Source of the DNA: Bacteroidales bacterium
GTDB taxonomy: Bacteria > Bacteroidota > Bacteroidia > Bacteroidales > 4484-276
Assembly (NCBI GenBank): GCA_021740425.1
Contig: JAIOZV010000002.1
Span: 1-40,248 of the forward strand
Length of the DNA stretch: 40,248 nt
Reading direction: 5' to 3'
Positions within the stretch are counted from its first letter, which is position 1. Each line of letters starts with the position of its first letter. Position numbers and translations under genes: made by a program. Below, one piece after another: positions 25,720-35,075 of this stretch. The notes below the pieces were generated by a model that did not search any database, had not been told where the DNA came from, and saw only the letters and a list, made by a program, of their open reading frames with translations.

Positions 25720-25814
25720 TGTTAGCGAAATATTTAATGTCTTGATTTATTTAATAAAACACTACCTGCATTTTCTTTTAATATCATAATCCGGACAGGT
25801 GTATTGTAACCACA

Positions 25815-26879
25815 TCATGCTTTTGTTACCTTCACCACGCCAAATCGTGCAGGCTTAAAGCTGGTATTGATCAGGGGTGCAAATGCATTCATAATTAATA
25901 TCGCAAAGGAAACCCCTTCGGGGTATCCACCCCAAAAACGGATTACCATTGTAATCACACCGCAACCGATGCCATAAACAATCTGCCCCTTTGCCGACAT
26001 GGGCGAACTTACCATATCTGTTGCCATAAAGAAAATACCGAGCATTAAACCACCAGCCATAAGGTGATAAACCGGATTAAGATATAGTTCAGGATCAATT
26101 AGCCAAAATACAAAAGCAAATAATAAGGATGATGCTAAGTATGAAACTGGAATCTGCCAGGTGATCACCTTTTTATAAAACATAAAGGCTGCACCTAACA
26201 GCAAAGCAATAGCAGATACCTCACCCATGGATCCCCCCATTTGTCCCAATAGCAAATCCTGATAATTCAAAACTTGATGGGAAACAACTGTACCAAGTTC
26301 ATCATATTGTGGCAGGCCAGCACTAATAAAATCATGAACAGTTTCCTGGGTTGTAGCTATTTTATCAAAATTTTCTTTATAAAACCCTAATAGAGTTGCA
26401 CCAGAAACTGCATCAGTTTTTAAAGCAGCAAAAAGTGGTTTAATCACTGGCCAGCTTGTCATCTGCACCGGAAATGAGATCAATAAAAATACCCGCCCGA
26501 CAAGTGCCGGGTTGAAAGGGTTTTTGCCCAGGCCTCCAAAGGCCATTTTGGCAATGCCAATGGCAACAACCGCCCCAATAATGATAATGAATGTTGGCAA
26601 ATTGGTAGGTACATTAAAAGCAAGTAACACGCCTGTAACTATTGCCGAACCATCGTTGATGGTTAAATCCCCTTTGATCACATAACGTTGAATCAGATAT
26701 TCAACCAATATGCAGGCAATTACTGAAATTGCCATTACCCTTACTGCATCCAAACCAAAAAAATAAAAGGAAACAAGCATAGCCGGAATCATGGCGTAAA
26801 ATACGCTGTACATGATCTTGCGCACTGACTGGCTTGAATGGACGTGCGGAGAGCCTGATATCGTAAGTAAAGTACCCAT
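25815..26879 (-). CDS. rnfD: Rnf electron transport complex subunit D
   Basis: N-terminal SGSPHVHS motif, polytopic membrane protein, FMN-attachment context DAVSGATLLG. The start lies 3 nt after the rnfC stop. Confidence 0.9.
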   Translation of the reverse strand: MGTLLTISGSPHVHSSQSVRKIMYSVFYAMIPAMLVSFYFFGLDAVRVMAISVIACILVEYLIQRYVIKGDLTINDGSAIVTGVLLAFNVPTNLPTFIIIIGAVVAIGIAKMAFGGLGKNPFNPALVGRVFLLISFPVQMTSWPVIKPLFAALKTDAVSGATLLGFYKENFDKIATTQETVHDFISAGLPQYDELGTVVSHQVLNYQDLLLGQMGGSMGEVSAIALLLGAAFMFYKKVITWQIPVSYLASSLLFAFVFWLIDPELYLNPVYHLMAGGLMLGIFFMATDMVSSPMSAKGQIVYGIGCGVITMVIRFWGGYPEGVSFAILIMNAFAPLINTSFKPARFGVVKVTKA

Positions 26880-26882
26880 AGT

Positions 26883-28220
26883 TTAATTTTTTCCTCTTGT
26901 TCTGATAATTTGACCTACTTTGTTTTTTCCAAGCCTGATAAAATCAAGCAAAGGCCTGCCTGATGGACAGGTATAGTGACATGAACCACATTCGATACAA
27001 TCCATGATTCTGTCTTTTTCAGCCTTTTCATAAAATTCATGTTTTATCTCCTGTGCCAGTAAATAAGGTTCCAATCCCATGGGGCAAACTGTAATGCATT
27101 TTCCACAACGGATGCATGATTTCGGAGGTGTCCGGTGTGCTTCTTCATCAGGAACTAGCAAAATGCCTGATGACCCCTTAACAATTGGTGCTTCAATCGA
27201 CATGAGCGCTTTACCCATCATAGGTCCGCCACCAATTACTTTTCCCAGATTTTCGGGTAATCCGCCTGCTTTTTCTATCAGATCGCTAATGGGTGTTCCA
27301 ATGCGTACCAAAAAATTGGAAGGCTTTTTTGCAGCTTTGCCGGTAACGGTGACCACCCTTTCAATCAGTGGCTTGTTTTTCTGAACTGCCTCATAAACAG
27401 CAAAAGCTGTCCCCACATTATCAACTACACAACCCGTTTCAATGGGTAACTTTCCTGACGGAACCTCCCGGCTCGTGAGTGCTTTGATCAATTGCTTTTC
27501 ACCACCCTGAGGATATTTCACCTTTAAAGCATGAACCGAGATTCCTTTAAATTTTTGCGCCAGTTGAGTAAGATGACCAATGGCATCGGGTTTATTGTTT
27601 TCGATGCCAATCATGGCGTTTTCCACTCCAAGCGCTTTCATAAGAATGGATGTCCCTATCAGCATTTCTTCGCCTTTTTCCATCATCAACCTGTGATCGG
27701 AAGTAAGGTAAGGTTCACACTCCACACCATTAATGATAAGGTATTCAGCCTTCTTTCCATCGGGAACCATCATTTTTACGTGCGTAGGAAAAGTAGCACC
27801 TCCCAGCCCTACGATACCCCGATCGTTGATACGCTGAATAATCTCTTGTTTTGATAAGGAAATATCAGTTACCAATTCAGAGGAAACATCAATTCCATCA
27901 TCCCACACATCATCCGAGGTATCGATAATTACTGATGTTCTTCGATATCCGGATTGATCCATCACCTCGTCAACCTTAAAAACTTTTCCGGTAACTGATG
28001 AATGAATATTGGCGGAAATAAAGCCGGAGCTTTTAGCTATCAACTGGCCGGTTTTCACCTCATCACCTCGTTTTACCAAAACGGTGGAGGGTGCCCCCAA
28101 ATGCTGGGATATTGGGATGTACACACGTTTTGAAACAGGCAAAGACTCGATGGCAACACCTGCTGAGAATTTATTTTCGGGGGGATGAACACCTCCCATT
28201 TTGAATGTTTTCAATATCAT
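26883..28220 (-). CDS. rnfC: Rnf electron transport complex subunit C
   Basis: FKMGGVHPPENK N-terminus, GLGGATFPTHVK nucleotide/FMN-site motif, two 4Fe-4S motifs CIRCGKCITVCP and CIECGSCHYTCP. Confidence 0.9.
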   Translation of the reverse strand: MILKTFKMGGVHPPENKFSAGVAIESLPVSKRVYIPISQHLGAPSTVLVKRGDEVKTGQLIAKSSGFISANIHSSVTGKVFKVDEVMDQSGYRRTSVIIDTSDDVWDDGIDVSSELVTDISLSKQEIIQRINDRGIVGLGGATFPTHVKMMVPDGKKAEYLIINGVECEPYLTSDHRLMMEKGEEMLIGTSILMKALGVENAMIGIENNKPDAIGHLTQLAQKFKGISVHALKVKYPQGGEKQLIKALTSREVPSGKLPIETGCVVDNVGTAFAVYEAVQKNKPLIERVVTVTGKAAKKPSNFLVRIGTPISDLIEKAGGLPENLGKVIGGGPMMGKALMSIEAPIVKGSSGILLVPDEEAHRTPPKSCIRCGKCITVCPMGLEPYLLAQEIKHEFYEKAEKDRIMDCIECGSCHYTCPSGRPLLDFIRLGKNKVGQIIRTRGKN

Positions 28221-28247
28221 TTCGTTATATATTGAAATCTGTAATCA

Positions 28248-29237
28248 CTAATTATTTGCTTTAATTTCTGTGGCAATCGGCATTTCTTTCGGTTCAGGAG
28301 CCGGTGAGGGTTTTTCGGAAGCCCCGGCCTTTATTTCAGGCTTTGGCTTTCGGGGTGGAAAGTTGATTTCGTGAATAGCATTTGTAGGACATTCTTCAAC
28401 GCATTTGCGACACAATTTACATTTTTCAAAGTCGATGTAGGCAAGGTTATTCACAAGGGTTATGGCATCGAAAGGACAAACCTTAACACATTTACCACAT
28501 CCAATGCAGGCAACATCACAGTTTTTCTTTGCAGGAGCACCCTTTTCCTTGTTGATGCAAGCCACATGAATTCTTCTGTCTTTTTTGCCTTTGGGACGCA
28601 GTTCAAAAATATTACGCGGACAAGCTTTTACACAAGCACCACAGGCCACACATTTGTCTGCAATTACCACAGGAAGCCCTGTAATTTCATCCATGTACAG
28701 TGCATCAAAATCGCAGGAAACAACACAATCGCCCAATCCAAGGCATCCATAAGGACAAGCACTTTCGCCCGAATACAAGCCATGAGCAAAGGCACAAGTG
28801 GCAGCGCCTTCGTATTTAACTTTTTGAGGGGCATTTTCTCTGGAACCATTGCAGCGCAATACAGCAATCATGGGTTCTTTTTCTTCTACTTCCAGTCCCA
28901 TAATTTTTGCTACATCCGACATCACCGCATTGCCACCAACAGGGCAGTTAAGTCCTTCGAGGCTTCCTGCTTTTACGATTGCTTCTGCAAAGGCCCGGCA
29001 GCCTGCATATCCGCAACCACCACAGTTGGCACTTGGTAATGCCTCCTGCACCGTGTCAATTCTGGGGTCTTCGATAACCTTAAATTTTTGTGCAACAAAA
29101 AAAAGTATGACTGCAGCCGCAACGCCAATGGCGCTGAGTGAGATTACTGCGTAAATCATTACATCATTCACGATTTGCTCCTTTTTATAATGAACTGAAC
29201 TTTGTTTCATTTTTATTAAAGCAGGTAAGAAATCCAT
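28248..29237 (-). CDS. rnfB: Rnf electron transport complex subunit B (polyferredoxin type)
   Basis: TM helix IYAVISLSAIGVAAAVILFFV, then EDPRIDTVQEALPSANCGGCGYAGC and ferredoxin motifs CVACGACVKACP, CIGCGKCVKVCP, CKLCRKCVEECP. Alternative in-frame ATGs at 29210 and 29159 would give a more typical N-terminus. Pro/Lys-rich C-terminal tail. Confidence 0.85.
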   Translation of the reverse strand: MDFLPALIKMKQSSVHYKKEQIVNDVMIYAVISLSAIGVAAAVILFFVAQKFKVIEDPRIDTVQEALPSANCGGCGYAGCRAFAEAIVKAGSLEGLNCPVGGNAVMSDVAKIMGLEVEEKEPMIAVLRCNGSRENAPQKVKYEGAATCAFAHGLYSGESACPYGCLGLGDCVVSCDFDALYMDEITGLPVVIADKCVACGACVKACPRNIFELRPKGKKDRRIHVACINKEKGAPAKKNCDVACIGCGKCVKVCPFDAITLVNNLAYIDFEKCKLCRKCVEECPTNAIHEINFPPRKPKPEIKAGASEKPSPAPEPKEMPIATEIKANN

Positions 29238-29265
29238 GTTTTCTGAACCAGCTTTTCAAGTCGGG

Positions 29266-29273
29266 CAAAATTA
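29266..29273 (-). promoter_or_regulatory. Candidate -7 promoter box (TAATTTTG on the minus strand) for rnfBCDGEA
   Basis: CAAAATTA on the plus strand is a perfect TAnnTTTG on the minus strand, 29 nt upstream of the ATG at 29237. Confidence 0.4.
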
Positions 29274-29663
29274 TAAACAAATGTTAAAAATCATACTATT
29301 GCATCCTTATTTAAAATGAATTAAAATATCTGTTTTACAGATACTTATAGGCCATCAAATGAACACTATCCGGTAAATACTCAATTAATCCATTAAAAAT
29401 TAATTAGTTACAACACAATTTAGAAGGGCTCTAAATTTCAGAAGCTTGTTTTTTTCATTATTTCTCAGATAAATAAAAAGGGTAGAGTTGCTGCATCGAA
29501 AATGGATAGATCAGATCAAAAGCTAATTTGGTCTATGATACTTAAAACCACCTGTGGAAAGGTTAAGATTTGAGGTGTTCAGGATGAAATTAATAATCAT
29601 TTAGAAAAAGCAAATATTCTCAAGCAATGGGTTTTCCAGAAATAAAAAAGAATAAAACTCAAT

Positions 29664-29694
29664 AAAAAAAGCCTTCTCATTTCTGAAAAGGCTC
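29664..29694 (-). terminator. Rho-independent terminator after the 780-aa T9SS cargo gene
   Basis: The minus strand reads AGCCTTTTC-AGAAAT-GAGAAGGCT (9-bp stem, 1 mismatch) followed by T7. It lies 25 nt after the stop at 29719. Confidence 0.65.
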
Positions 29695-29718
29695 TACCAA
29701 TTATTTTTTGACTTGTAA

Positions 29719-32061
29719 TTATTGAATTACTATTTTTTCGCTAAAGGAATTTTTACCAGCATCAACCTGAATCATGTAAATGCCTTTGGCCTGATATCTG
29801 AAGTCGAATTTCCTTATAAAATCCGTTGATGAAATATGCTCTGTAAATATTACATCACCTGCTGTGTTGACAACATTCAGTGTAGCCGGATCGCTCAAAT
29901 GTCTTAGTTTAACTTCAAATTGCCCTGAGGTAGGATTTGGAGAAATTTCAAAAATTGTTGCGGAGGTATTTTCATTCACCGACAAAGTTGGGTCTAAAGT
30001 CAAAGTAAAAGAATCATCATCACTTATGTGGCAGGGCTGCAGGGGAGAGGCAAAGAGGGTAAGATTTACATAGCCAGTCATTTGATCTATTACGCTTGGA
30101 TAATAAATTGTTTGCGGCGATGTAGCATCACTAAAATCGCCGGTACCGCTCGAAATCCATTGCAAAAGGCTGTAATTTTCAACGGCAGCGTTGGCCTGAT
30201 AATATGCCTCTGCATGAATCACAGTATCGTTTCCCGCAAAAACTTCGGGGAGATAGGTAATATTAACAAAAATACTGTCGGCAACCTGAACACCAGGTTC
30301 GTAGCCGTCAGCCGTTAACTTTAACCAGAAACCTCCGTTTATAAGATCCTGGGGACCGCGAAAATATACTACAGTTAAGTTTTGAGGGTTTGGCAAAATG
30401 CCATCTCCGGAGCTCGTCCAAAGGTGTTTTTTTGCATAGGAAGTTTGGCCATGAGCAACAAAAACAGTATCCTGGCAAACAAAACCATCTTCCCCTGCAT
30501 AAACTGTAGGTGCAACAATGGGAGCAAAATTGAAGGAGAATACTCTGGTTTTCCAGGCGTTGTTGGTATATTCGGTAGTAAACCAAAAGGTTGTATCATC
30601 CACGGGATCTACATCAAGGTTGGCATAATCTCCCCATCGGTTAATGCTTGCCTGATTCCCAACACCTGTAACCGCTTCCACTTCAGTGTAGGTCATTTCA
30701 CCAAGTGGAGCATCAGCAGGCCTTCCGGTATAACGTATAGATGGGGAATGATCGCTACTCGAAACTGAATATCCCAAAGCTATGGTACCTTCAGCATTCT
30801 GGGCTATCGATCCCATCCAGCGGTGCAGGCCGTCATCAGGAGCATACACACCCTGCTGATAAATGTACCAGTTGCTGCCACCTTCTTTTCTGAATTCATA
30901 CCATTTTATTCCTGCACGGTTTGAACCCACATTTACTGTGTGGTTTGCAACCATGGATTCATAAGTACCGAAATTTCTATAAGCCAGTCTGTACATCAGC
31001 ATTTGGGAAAGTGTAGCGAGTTTTTGGGATGTTCCGGGTTGAGGAATCCCATTCAGCTCGGGATTAAAATAGCCCGGGTCGAGAGCCACCGCAAGTTGAT
31101 AGGTTGAATTACCGGGGGTATTCCAATCCACATGGAATTCGTAAATCTCGAAATCTGAAGTATTGTATGAATCGATGGTCGCTACATAATTTGGTGCTCC
31201 TGCCGGTGGTAAAGGGCCATCAAAATCTGAGGGCTGGAGGCTGTATTTATCTTCAAAATAGCCAAAGAAAACCATATTTGCATCCGGATCTCCAACAAGC
31301 ATTTTGTCGCGCTCAAAGGCTGCAACTCCCCCGCCAATAAATCCACCGCTAAAAAAGTTGAATGTACAATAGTAGGCATCGCCCCATACACCCATTTTGG
31401 GATAGTCATTAAAATCATTAAATTCAAAAGCATAGCGATAATATTCCCCCAAAGGGTCACCACTTGCTGAAATTGCAACCAACTCATAGGACTTTCCGTT
31501 GGAAAGTTCGATGGCGAACTGCGAAGCCACCCAGCGATCAGCATCTTCGTCGTACAAAATTATGGGGTCGCCATCATTGGTGCCTGTCCAGGGGCCAATA
31601 AAGCCCGACCAAAGGGTACTGTTATCGGCAGGGCCAAACAATTTGTTGCCATTTTTATCCCAAATGGCAAACGAAAGGTTAATCATTTGAAAATAGTGAT
31701 TTGGCCCGACATCGCCATCAGTATCGGGAGGATAAACCCCATTGACATTGGCAACACCTTCAAAATTTACTTCAGGACCACGGCTTTTTTGAGGGCCTTG
31801 CTGCAATTGAATTTTATCGTAGCTTCCTTCCTTTGCCGGAAATTCTCTTTCGAATTCCATATCAACTGATTTATTTTCGATAATGCCATCTTTCCAGGCA
31901 CGTTTTCGTTGTCCGGGCACAATTACAGTCATATCGCGCAAGGCCGGGGATTTATCAAAATAGGCAGCCTTTCGGGTAAAGGCGGGTTTCATAACATTCT
32001 GAGCCATCAGGCATTCTGATATCAAGCCCACAACGAGTAGCATTACAAGTAAACGTTTCAT
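29719..32061 (-). CDS. T9SS-secreted protein: large N-terminal conserved domain of unknown function (possibly propeller-like), two AG-x-D...W-x-SSG-x-G Ig-like repeats, type-A CTD
   Basis: Signal peptide MKRLLVMLLVVGLISECLMAQ. Motifs YPPDTDGDVGPNHYFQMINL, GDPIILYDEDADRW, YPKMGVWGDAYY, RWGDYANLDVDP. CTD: FEISPNPTSGQFEVKL...GIYMIQVDAGKNSFSEKIVIQ. The start codon overlaps the upstream stop (ATGA). Confidence 0.75.
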   Translation of the reverse strand: MKRLLVMLLVVGLISECLMAQNVMKPAFTRKAAYFDKSPALRDMTVIVPGQRKRAWKDGIIENKSVDMEFEREFPAKEGSYDKIQLQQGPQKSRGPEVNFEGVANVNGVYPPDTDGDVGPNHYFQMINLSFAIWDKNGNKLFGPADNSTLWSGFIGPWTGTNDGDPIILYDEDADRWVASQFAIELSNGKSYELVAISASGDPLGEYYRYAFEFNDFNDYPKMGVWGDAYYCTFNFFSGGFIGGGVAAFERDKMLVGDPDANMVFFGYFEDKYSLQPSDFDGPLPPAGAPNYVATIDSYNTSDFEIYEFHVDWNTPGNSTYQLAVALDPGYFNPELNGIPQPGTSQKLATLSQMLMYRLAYRNFGTYESMVANHTVNVGSNRAGIKWYEFRKEGGSNWYIYQQGVYAPDDGLHRWMGSIAQNAEGTIALGYSVSSSDHSPSIRYTGRPADAPLGEMTYTEVEAVTGVGNQASINRWGDYANLDVDPVDDTTFWFTTEYTNNAWKTRVFSFNFAPIVAPTVYAGEDGFVCQDTVFVAHGQTSYAKKHLWTSSGDGILPNPQNLTVVYFRGPQDLINGGFWLKLTADGYEPGVQVADSIFVNITYLPEVFAGNDTVIHAEAYYQANAAVENYSLLQWISSGTGDFSDATSPQTIYYPSVIDQMTGYVNLTLFASPLQPCHISDDDSFTLTLDPTLSVNENTSATIFEISPNPTSGQFEVKLRHLSDPATLNVVNTAGDVIFTEHISSTDFIRKFDFRYQAKGIYMIQVDAGKNSFSEKIVIQ

Positions 32062-32510
32062 AGTTTAGCAGTATTAAAATTTGTAGTAAATGTATTTTTT
32101 TCAATCTGAAATTCAAAACTCTCTTTCAACTTATCTTTGAGCAAATAAAGCGCAAAGTAGTATGGAATGAGCACTGCCAGCGAAGCAAGCCCTGCCAGGC
32201 CTTCATCTTCAAAATAGCTCAGTGAGCCAATAAGTGTAGCCATTAAAAGTATAAATGGCAAAAAGTATCCGTAAAGTACAGCCTTATTTCCCAATTTTTT
32301 CTTCATGGTAATCGTAACAAAATCGCCGGCCTTTTGATCAAAATTTCCGGGATTTTTTACATCAATAATCTTTTCCTGCATATCGGCGGCGCTGCAAAAA
32401 CCTTTTGCATGACAAGATGCACATGCCGACTGCGCAATAATGCTCACCTTGATATTTTCTCTACTGATTTCTGAAATTATTCCCTGATGTTTTACCAAAT
32501 CATCTTCCAT
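32058..32510 (-). CDS. RseC/MucC-family (SoxR-reducing-system RseC-like) membrane protein
   Basis: GIISEISRENIKVSIIAQSACASCHAKGFC...AGDFVTI, followed by two TM helices (AVLYGYFLPFILLMATLIGS and LAGLASLAVLIPYYFALYLL). This layout is typical of RseC-like proteins that precede rnfB in Bacteroidota. Confidence 0.8.
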   Translation of the reverse strand: MEDDLVKHQGIISEISRENIKVSIIAQSACASCHAKGFCSAADMQEKIIDVKNPGNFDQKAGDFVTITMKKKLGNKAVLYGYFLPFILLMATLIGSLSYFEDEGLAGLASLAVLIPYYFALYLLKDKLKESFEFQIEKNTFTTNFNTAKL

Positions 32511-32521
32511 GTCCTATGGTT

Positions 32522-33226
32522 TTAAGGTGTTGAAATGGATACCTGCAATATTTTACCATTAAAAAATTTGTGCCCGTGAATAACAAACCAGGCCGCATAT
32601 TCGGCCATATCATTGGCTTTTAATGGGGCTTCGTAGCCGGGAAAGGCTTCTGCGAGCATCTCGGTTTGAACAGCTCCGTATGCCAAACAATTCACTCTTA
32701 TGCCACGGTCTTTCAGCTCTTCGGCCATGGCTTCGGTTAGTACCGAAACAGCTCCCTTTGCAGCACTGTATAATGACAGTCCCGGAAATTTTGAACTTCC
32801 CTGAACTCCTCCCATGCTACTCACATTTACAATATGAGATCCCGGATTAAAATTGGGCAACAATGCCCGCGACAGCCTGAAAACCGATTTTACATTTACA
32901 TTAAAAACTTCATCAAAGTCAGCATCGGTCAGCGATTCAAAATCCTTTTTGATCAATTTACCTGCATTATTCACAAGTACATCAACAGCATTAAAATGTT
33001 TTAAAATTTTGGGAAGAAGGTTAAAGGCATATCCTTCACTACTCAAATCGAAAGCTGCCGGAATTACATTTGAATCAGGGTTTATTTCTTTGGCAGCAGC
33101 CTGAAGCTCATCCAATTTTTTGGCATCTCTTGAAATGGCCACGATGCGGTAATCGCTATTTTCGGCAAGTTTAAGTACCAAAGCCCGTCCGATACCGCGG
33201 CTTGCACCTGTCACAATAATATTCAT
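32522..33226 (-). CDS. Short-chain dehydrogenase/reductase (classical SDR)
   Basis: TGASRGIG cofactor motif, NNAG, and catalytic S...YSAAK. It lies 11 nt upstream of the RseC-like gene. Confidence 0.9.
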   Translation of the reverse strand: MNIIVTGASRGIGRALVLKLAENSDYRIVAISRDAKKLDELQAAAKEINPDSNVIPAAFDLSSEGYAFNLLPKILKHFNAVDVLVNNAGKLIKKDFESLTDADFDEVFNVNVKSVFRLSRALLPNFNPGSHIVNVSSMGGVQGSSKFPGLSLYSAAKGAVSVLTEAMAEELKDRGIRVNCLAYGAVQTEMLAEAFPGYEAPLKANDMAEYAAWFVIHGHKFFNGKILQVSISTP

Positions 33227-33249
33227 TCCAATGATTGATTTGAATTTTG

Positions 33250-33257
33250 CAAAGATA
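33250..33257 (-). promoter_or_regulatory. Candidate -7 promoter box (TATCTTTG on the minus strand) for the SDR / RseC-like / T9SS-cargo operon
   Basis: CAAAGATA on the plus strand is a perfect TAnnTTTG on the minus strand, 24 nt upstream of the ATG at 33226. Confidence 0.4.
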
Positions 33258-33321
33258 CAGAAAAAAGAATGTGACGATTATTTTGGCAGGCTCCTGAATG
33301 TTTATTGCTGGTCTAAAAATT

Positions 33322-34008
33322 TTACCCCAACAATTCCCTGATCGTTCCTTCGGTTTTCAATTCGATGGACTTTAGCAATTCCTTTTCAAAGGCAGCAAAT
33401 TCAGTTTTATCGCGGGTAAACTTAATTTTTCCTCCTTCGAGATGATGTATTTGATCGCAAAGGTTGGTCAATGTTTCGATAATATGTGAAGTAATAATAA
33501 TTGTTTTCCCCCTGGCGCTCATCTTTATCAGCAAACTACGCAATGAGCGGTTTGTTTCGATGTCCAGGTTATTAAATGGTTCATCCAGTATCATCAAGGG
33601 TTTGTCTTGTTTTATTAGTCCAAGCACAGCCAGTTTTTTCTTCATGCCTGATGAATAATCATCCACCACCTGATCCAGAGGCAGGCCAAAAAGCTCATTC
33701 CATTTATCAAGCATAAAATTTTGATGCTTAAATAGTGCGAGGTATTCCCTGCCTGTAATATTGGAATAGAAAAAATTTTCGGTGGGGAGGAATGAAATGT
33801 TTTTTTTTGAGACAATAAAATCTGCTGACTCAATAGTCCCCATGTCAGGTTTGAGCAATCCGTACAAAATATTCAGAAATGTTGTTTTCCCGGAGCCGTT
33901 CAATCCTGCAATACCGTGAATTTTTCCGGTTGAAATATTTAGATTCAATCCATCCAGAATTTTTATTCGCTTAGAATATGATACTGTTAATTCCTTAATC
34001 GAAATCAT
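33322..34008 (-). CDS. ABC transporter ATP-binding protein (ABC-2/exporter-type)
   Basis: Walker A GLNGSGKTT, signature YSSGMKKKL, Walker B LMILDEPF, H-loop ITSHI. It overlaps the upstream membrane-protein gene by 14 nt. Confidence 0.9.
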   Translation of the reverse strand: MISIKELTVSYSKRIKILDGLNLNISTGKIHGIAGLNGSGKTTFLNILYGLLKPDMGTIESADFIVSKKNISFLPTENFFYSNITGREYLALFKHQNFMLDKWNELFGLPLDQVVDDYSSGMKKKLAVLGLIKQDKPLMILDEPFNNLDIETNRSLRSLLIKMSARGKTIIITSHIIETLTNLCDQIHHLEGGKIKFTRDKTEFAAFEKELLKSIELKTEGTIRELLG

Positions 34009-34948
34009 GAAGATATTGTTTTAAATTGCTTTTGGATTTGAAATAAAACCTGATGCAAAGCAGCCACACAATGGGTAAAAATATGGGTAAAACCACGCCA
34101 ACCACGCCAATTCCGGAGAACAGTTCCACTCCGCCGGGTTTTTGGCCGGGTTGATAAAAGGCATACTTGAGCAGTATAAAATACAAGTGAAGCGAAAGAA
34201 AAACCACAAACTCTATGGCCACGATGTACCAAAGGCCGTGATGAAAAATTATAAACATTAGAACCAATGGCAGGCTGAGAATAGAGAAAATTGCCACATG
34301 GTTTTTGAATTTTTCAAGGATTAGCCTTTCAGGAGATTTTTCGGATGCGATCAACATGCTGAGTGGCTCACCATTTTCGTAAAATTTTAAGGGGAGAATA
34401 CCAAGAATTAACAGCGCCAGAGGAACAGCACCCACCATAAACGAAAACACGACCCCGCCAATCCAGGTTAGGGCTATCAATAAGAAATTAATGCGCAATC
34501 CGGCTTTCCATTCAAAGGACGTATCAGGCAGCCATTGCTGGATTCCGGTATTCAGATTTTTGATTTTAATCTTAAAATTTATAAAAGGCAGGATTACAAG
34601 TCCTGTAAAAAGTATAATGAGCAAGTACCATTTTTGGAAATAAATCAGAAATCCCAAAACCGGAGTTGAAAAAAGCAGGTATTGAAAAAAGAGGATTTTA
34701 CGGAATTGGTAGAAATTGATTTTGAGGAAGATTTTATCCTTTCGCTGTATTTGAAGGAAAAACAACAAAATGAAAATCCCTCCCGCAGCGATTTCCATAT
34801 TTTCGCTATGCGACAAAAAGGTAAAAAATGCAAGCAACAATCCTGCTCCTCCTCCAAGTACCACAAGGAACCGAAATATCCCGAGGGTCTCAAGTAAGCG
34901 TTTTAGCTGTTTCAGATGAAGTGAATAAAAGGCAAGGTGTTGGTTCAT
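33995..34948 (-). CDS. Polytopic membrane protein (about 8-9 TM helices), presumed permease partner of the ABC ATPase; family not recognised
   Basis: A strongly hydrophobic 317-aa ORF with repeated helix-length segments. It overlaps the ATPase gene. No motif I can assign. Confidence 0.6.
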   Translation of the reverse strand: MNQHLAFYSLHLKQLKRLLETLGIFRFLVVLGGGAGLLLAFFTFLSHSENMEIAAGGIFILLFFLQIQRKDKIFLKINFYQFRKILFFQYLLFSTPVLGFLIYFQKWYLLIILFTGLVILPFINFKIKIKNLNTGIQQWLPDTSFEWKAGLRINFLLIALTWIGGVVFSFMVGAVPLALLILGILPLKFYENGEPLSMLIASEKSPERLILEKFKNHVAIFSILSLPLVLMFIIFHHGLWYIVAIEFVVFLSLHLYFILLKYAFYQPGQKPGGVELFSGIGVVGVVLPIFLPIVWLLCIRFYFKSKSNLKQYLHDFD

Positions 34949-35075
34949 CCTTTTGATTTAAATGATTTTTCTTGTAAAAATATCCGGGGACTTAGCACAT
35001 TTTTTAACATTGAAATTTTGCCCGGAAAGACCAAACCCGGGTTTCCCAATTCGATGGCTTTTCTTTTTCCTGTCA

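Noticed and set aside
25720-25814. 95-nt gap between rnfD and rnfG, considered as an internal promoter or an inserted element
   Set aside because: There is no TAnnTTTG match, hairpin or ORF. It is probably just an intercistronic spacer within the operon.
28371-29039. 222-aa ORF antisense to rnfB
   Set aside because: This is a shadow ORF inside a confidently identified Fe-S protein gene. Cys-rich GC-balanced codons commonly leave the opposite strand open. The translation is low-complexity with no motifs.
35033-35044. 12-bp palindrome AAACCCGGGTTT and the CCCGG/CCGGG hairpin after the SLOG-like gene, considered as a terminator
   Set aside because: The stem is short and no adjacent T-run follows on the minus strand. 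It is too weak to call. Its weakness is used as mild support for read-through into the ABC genes.
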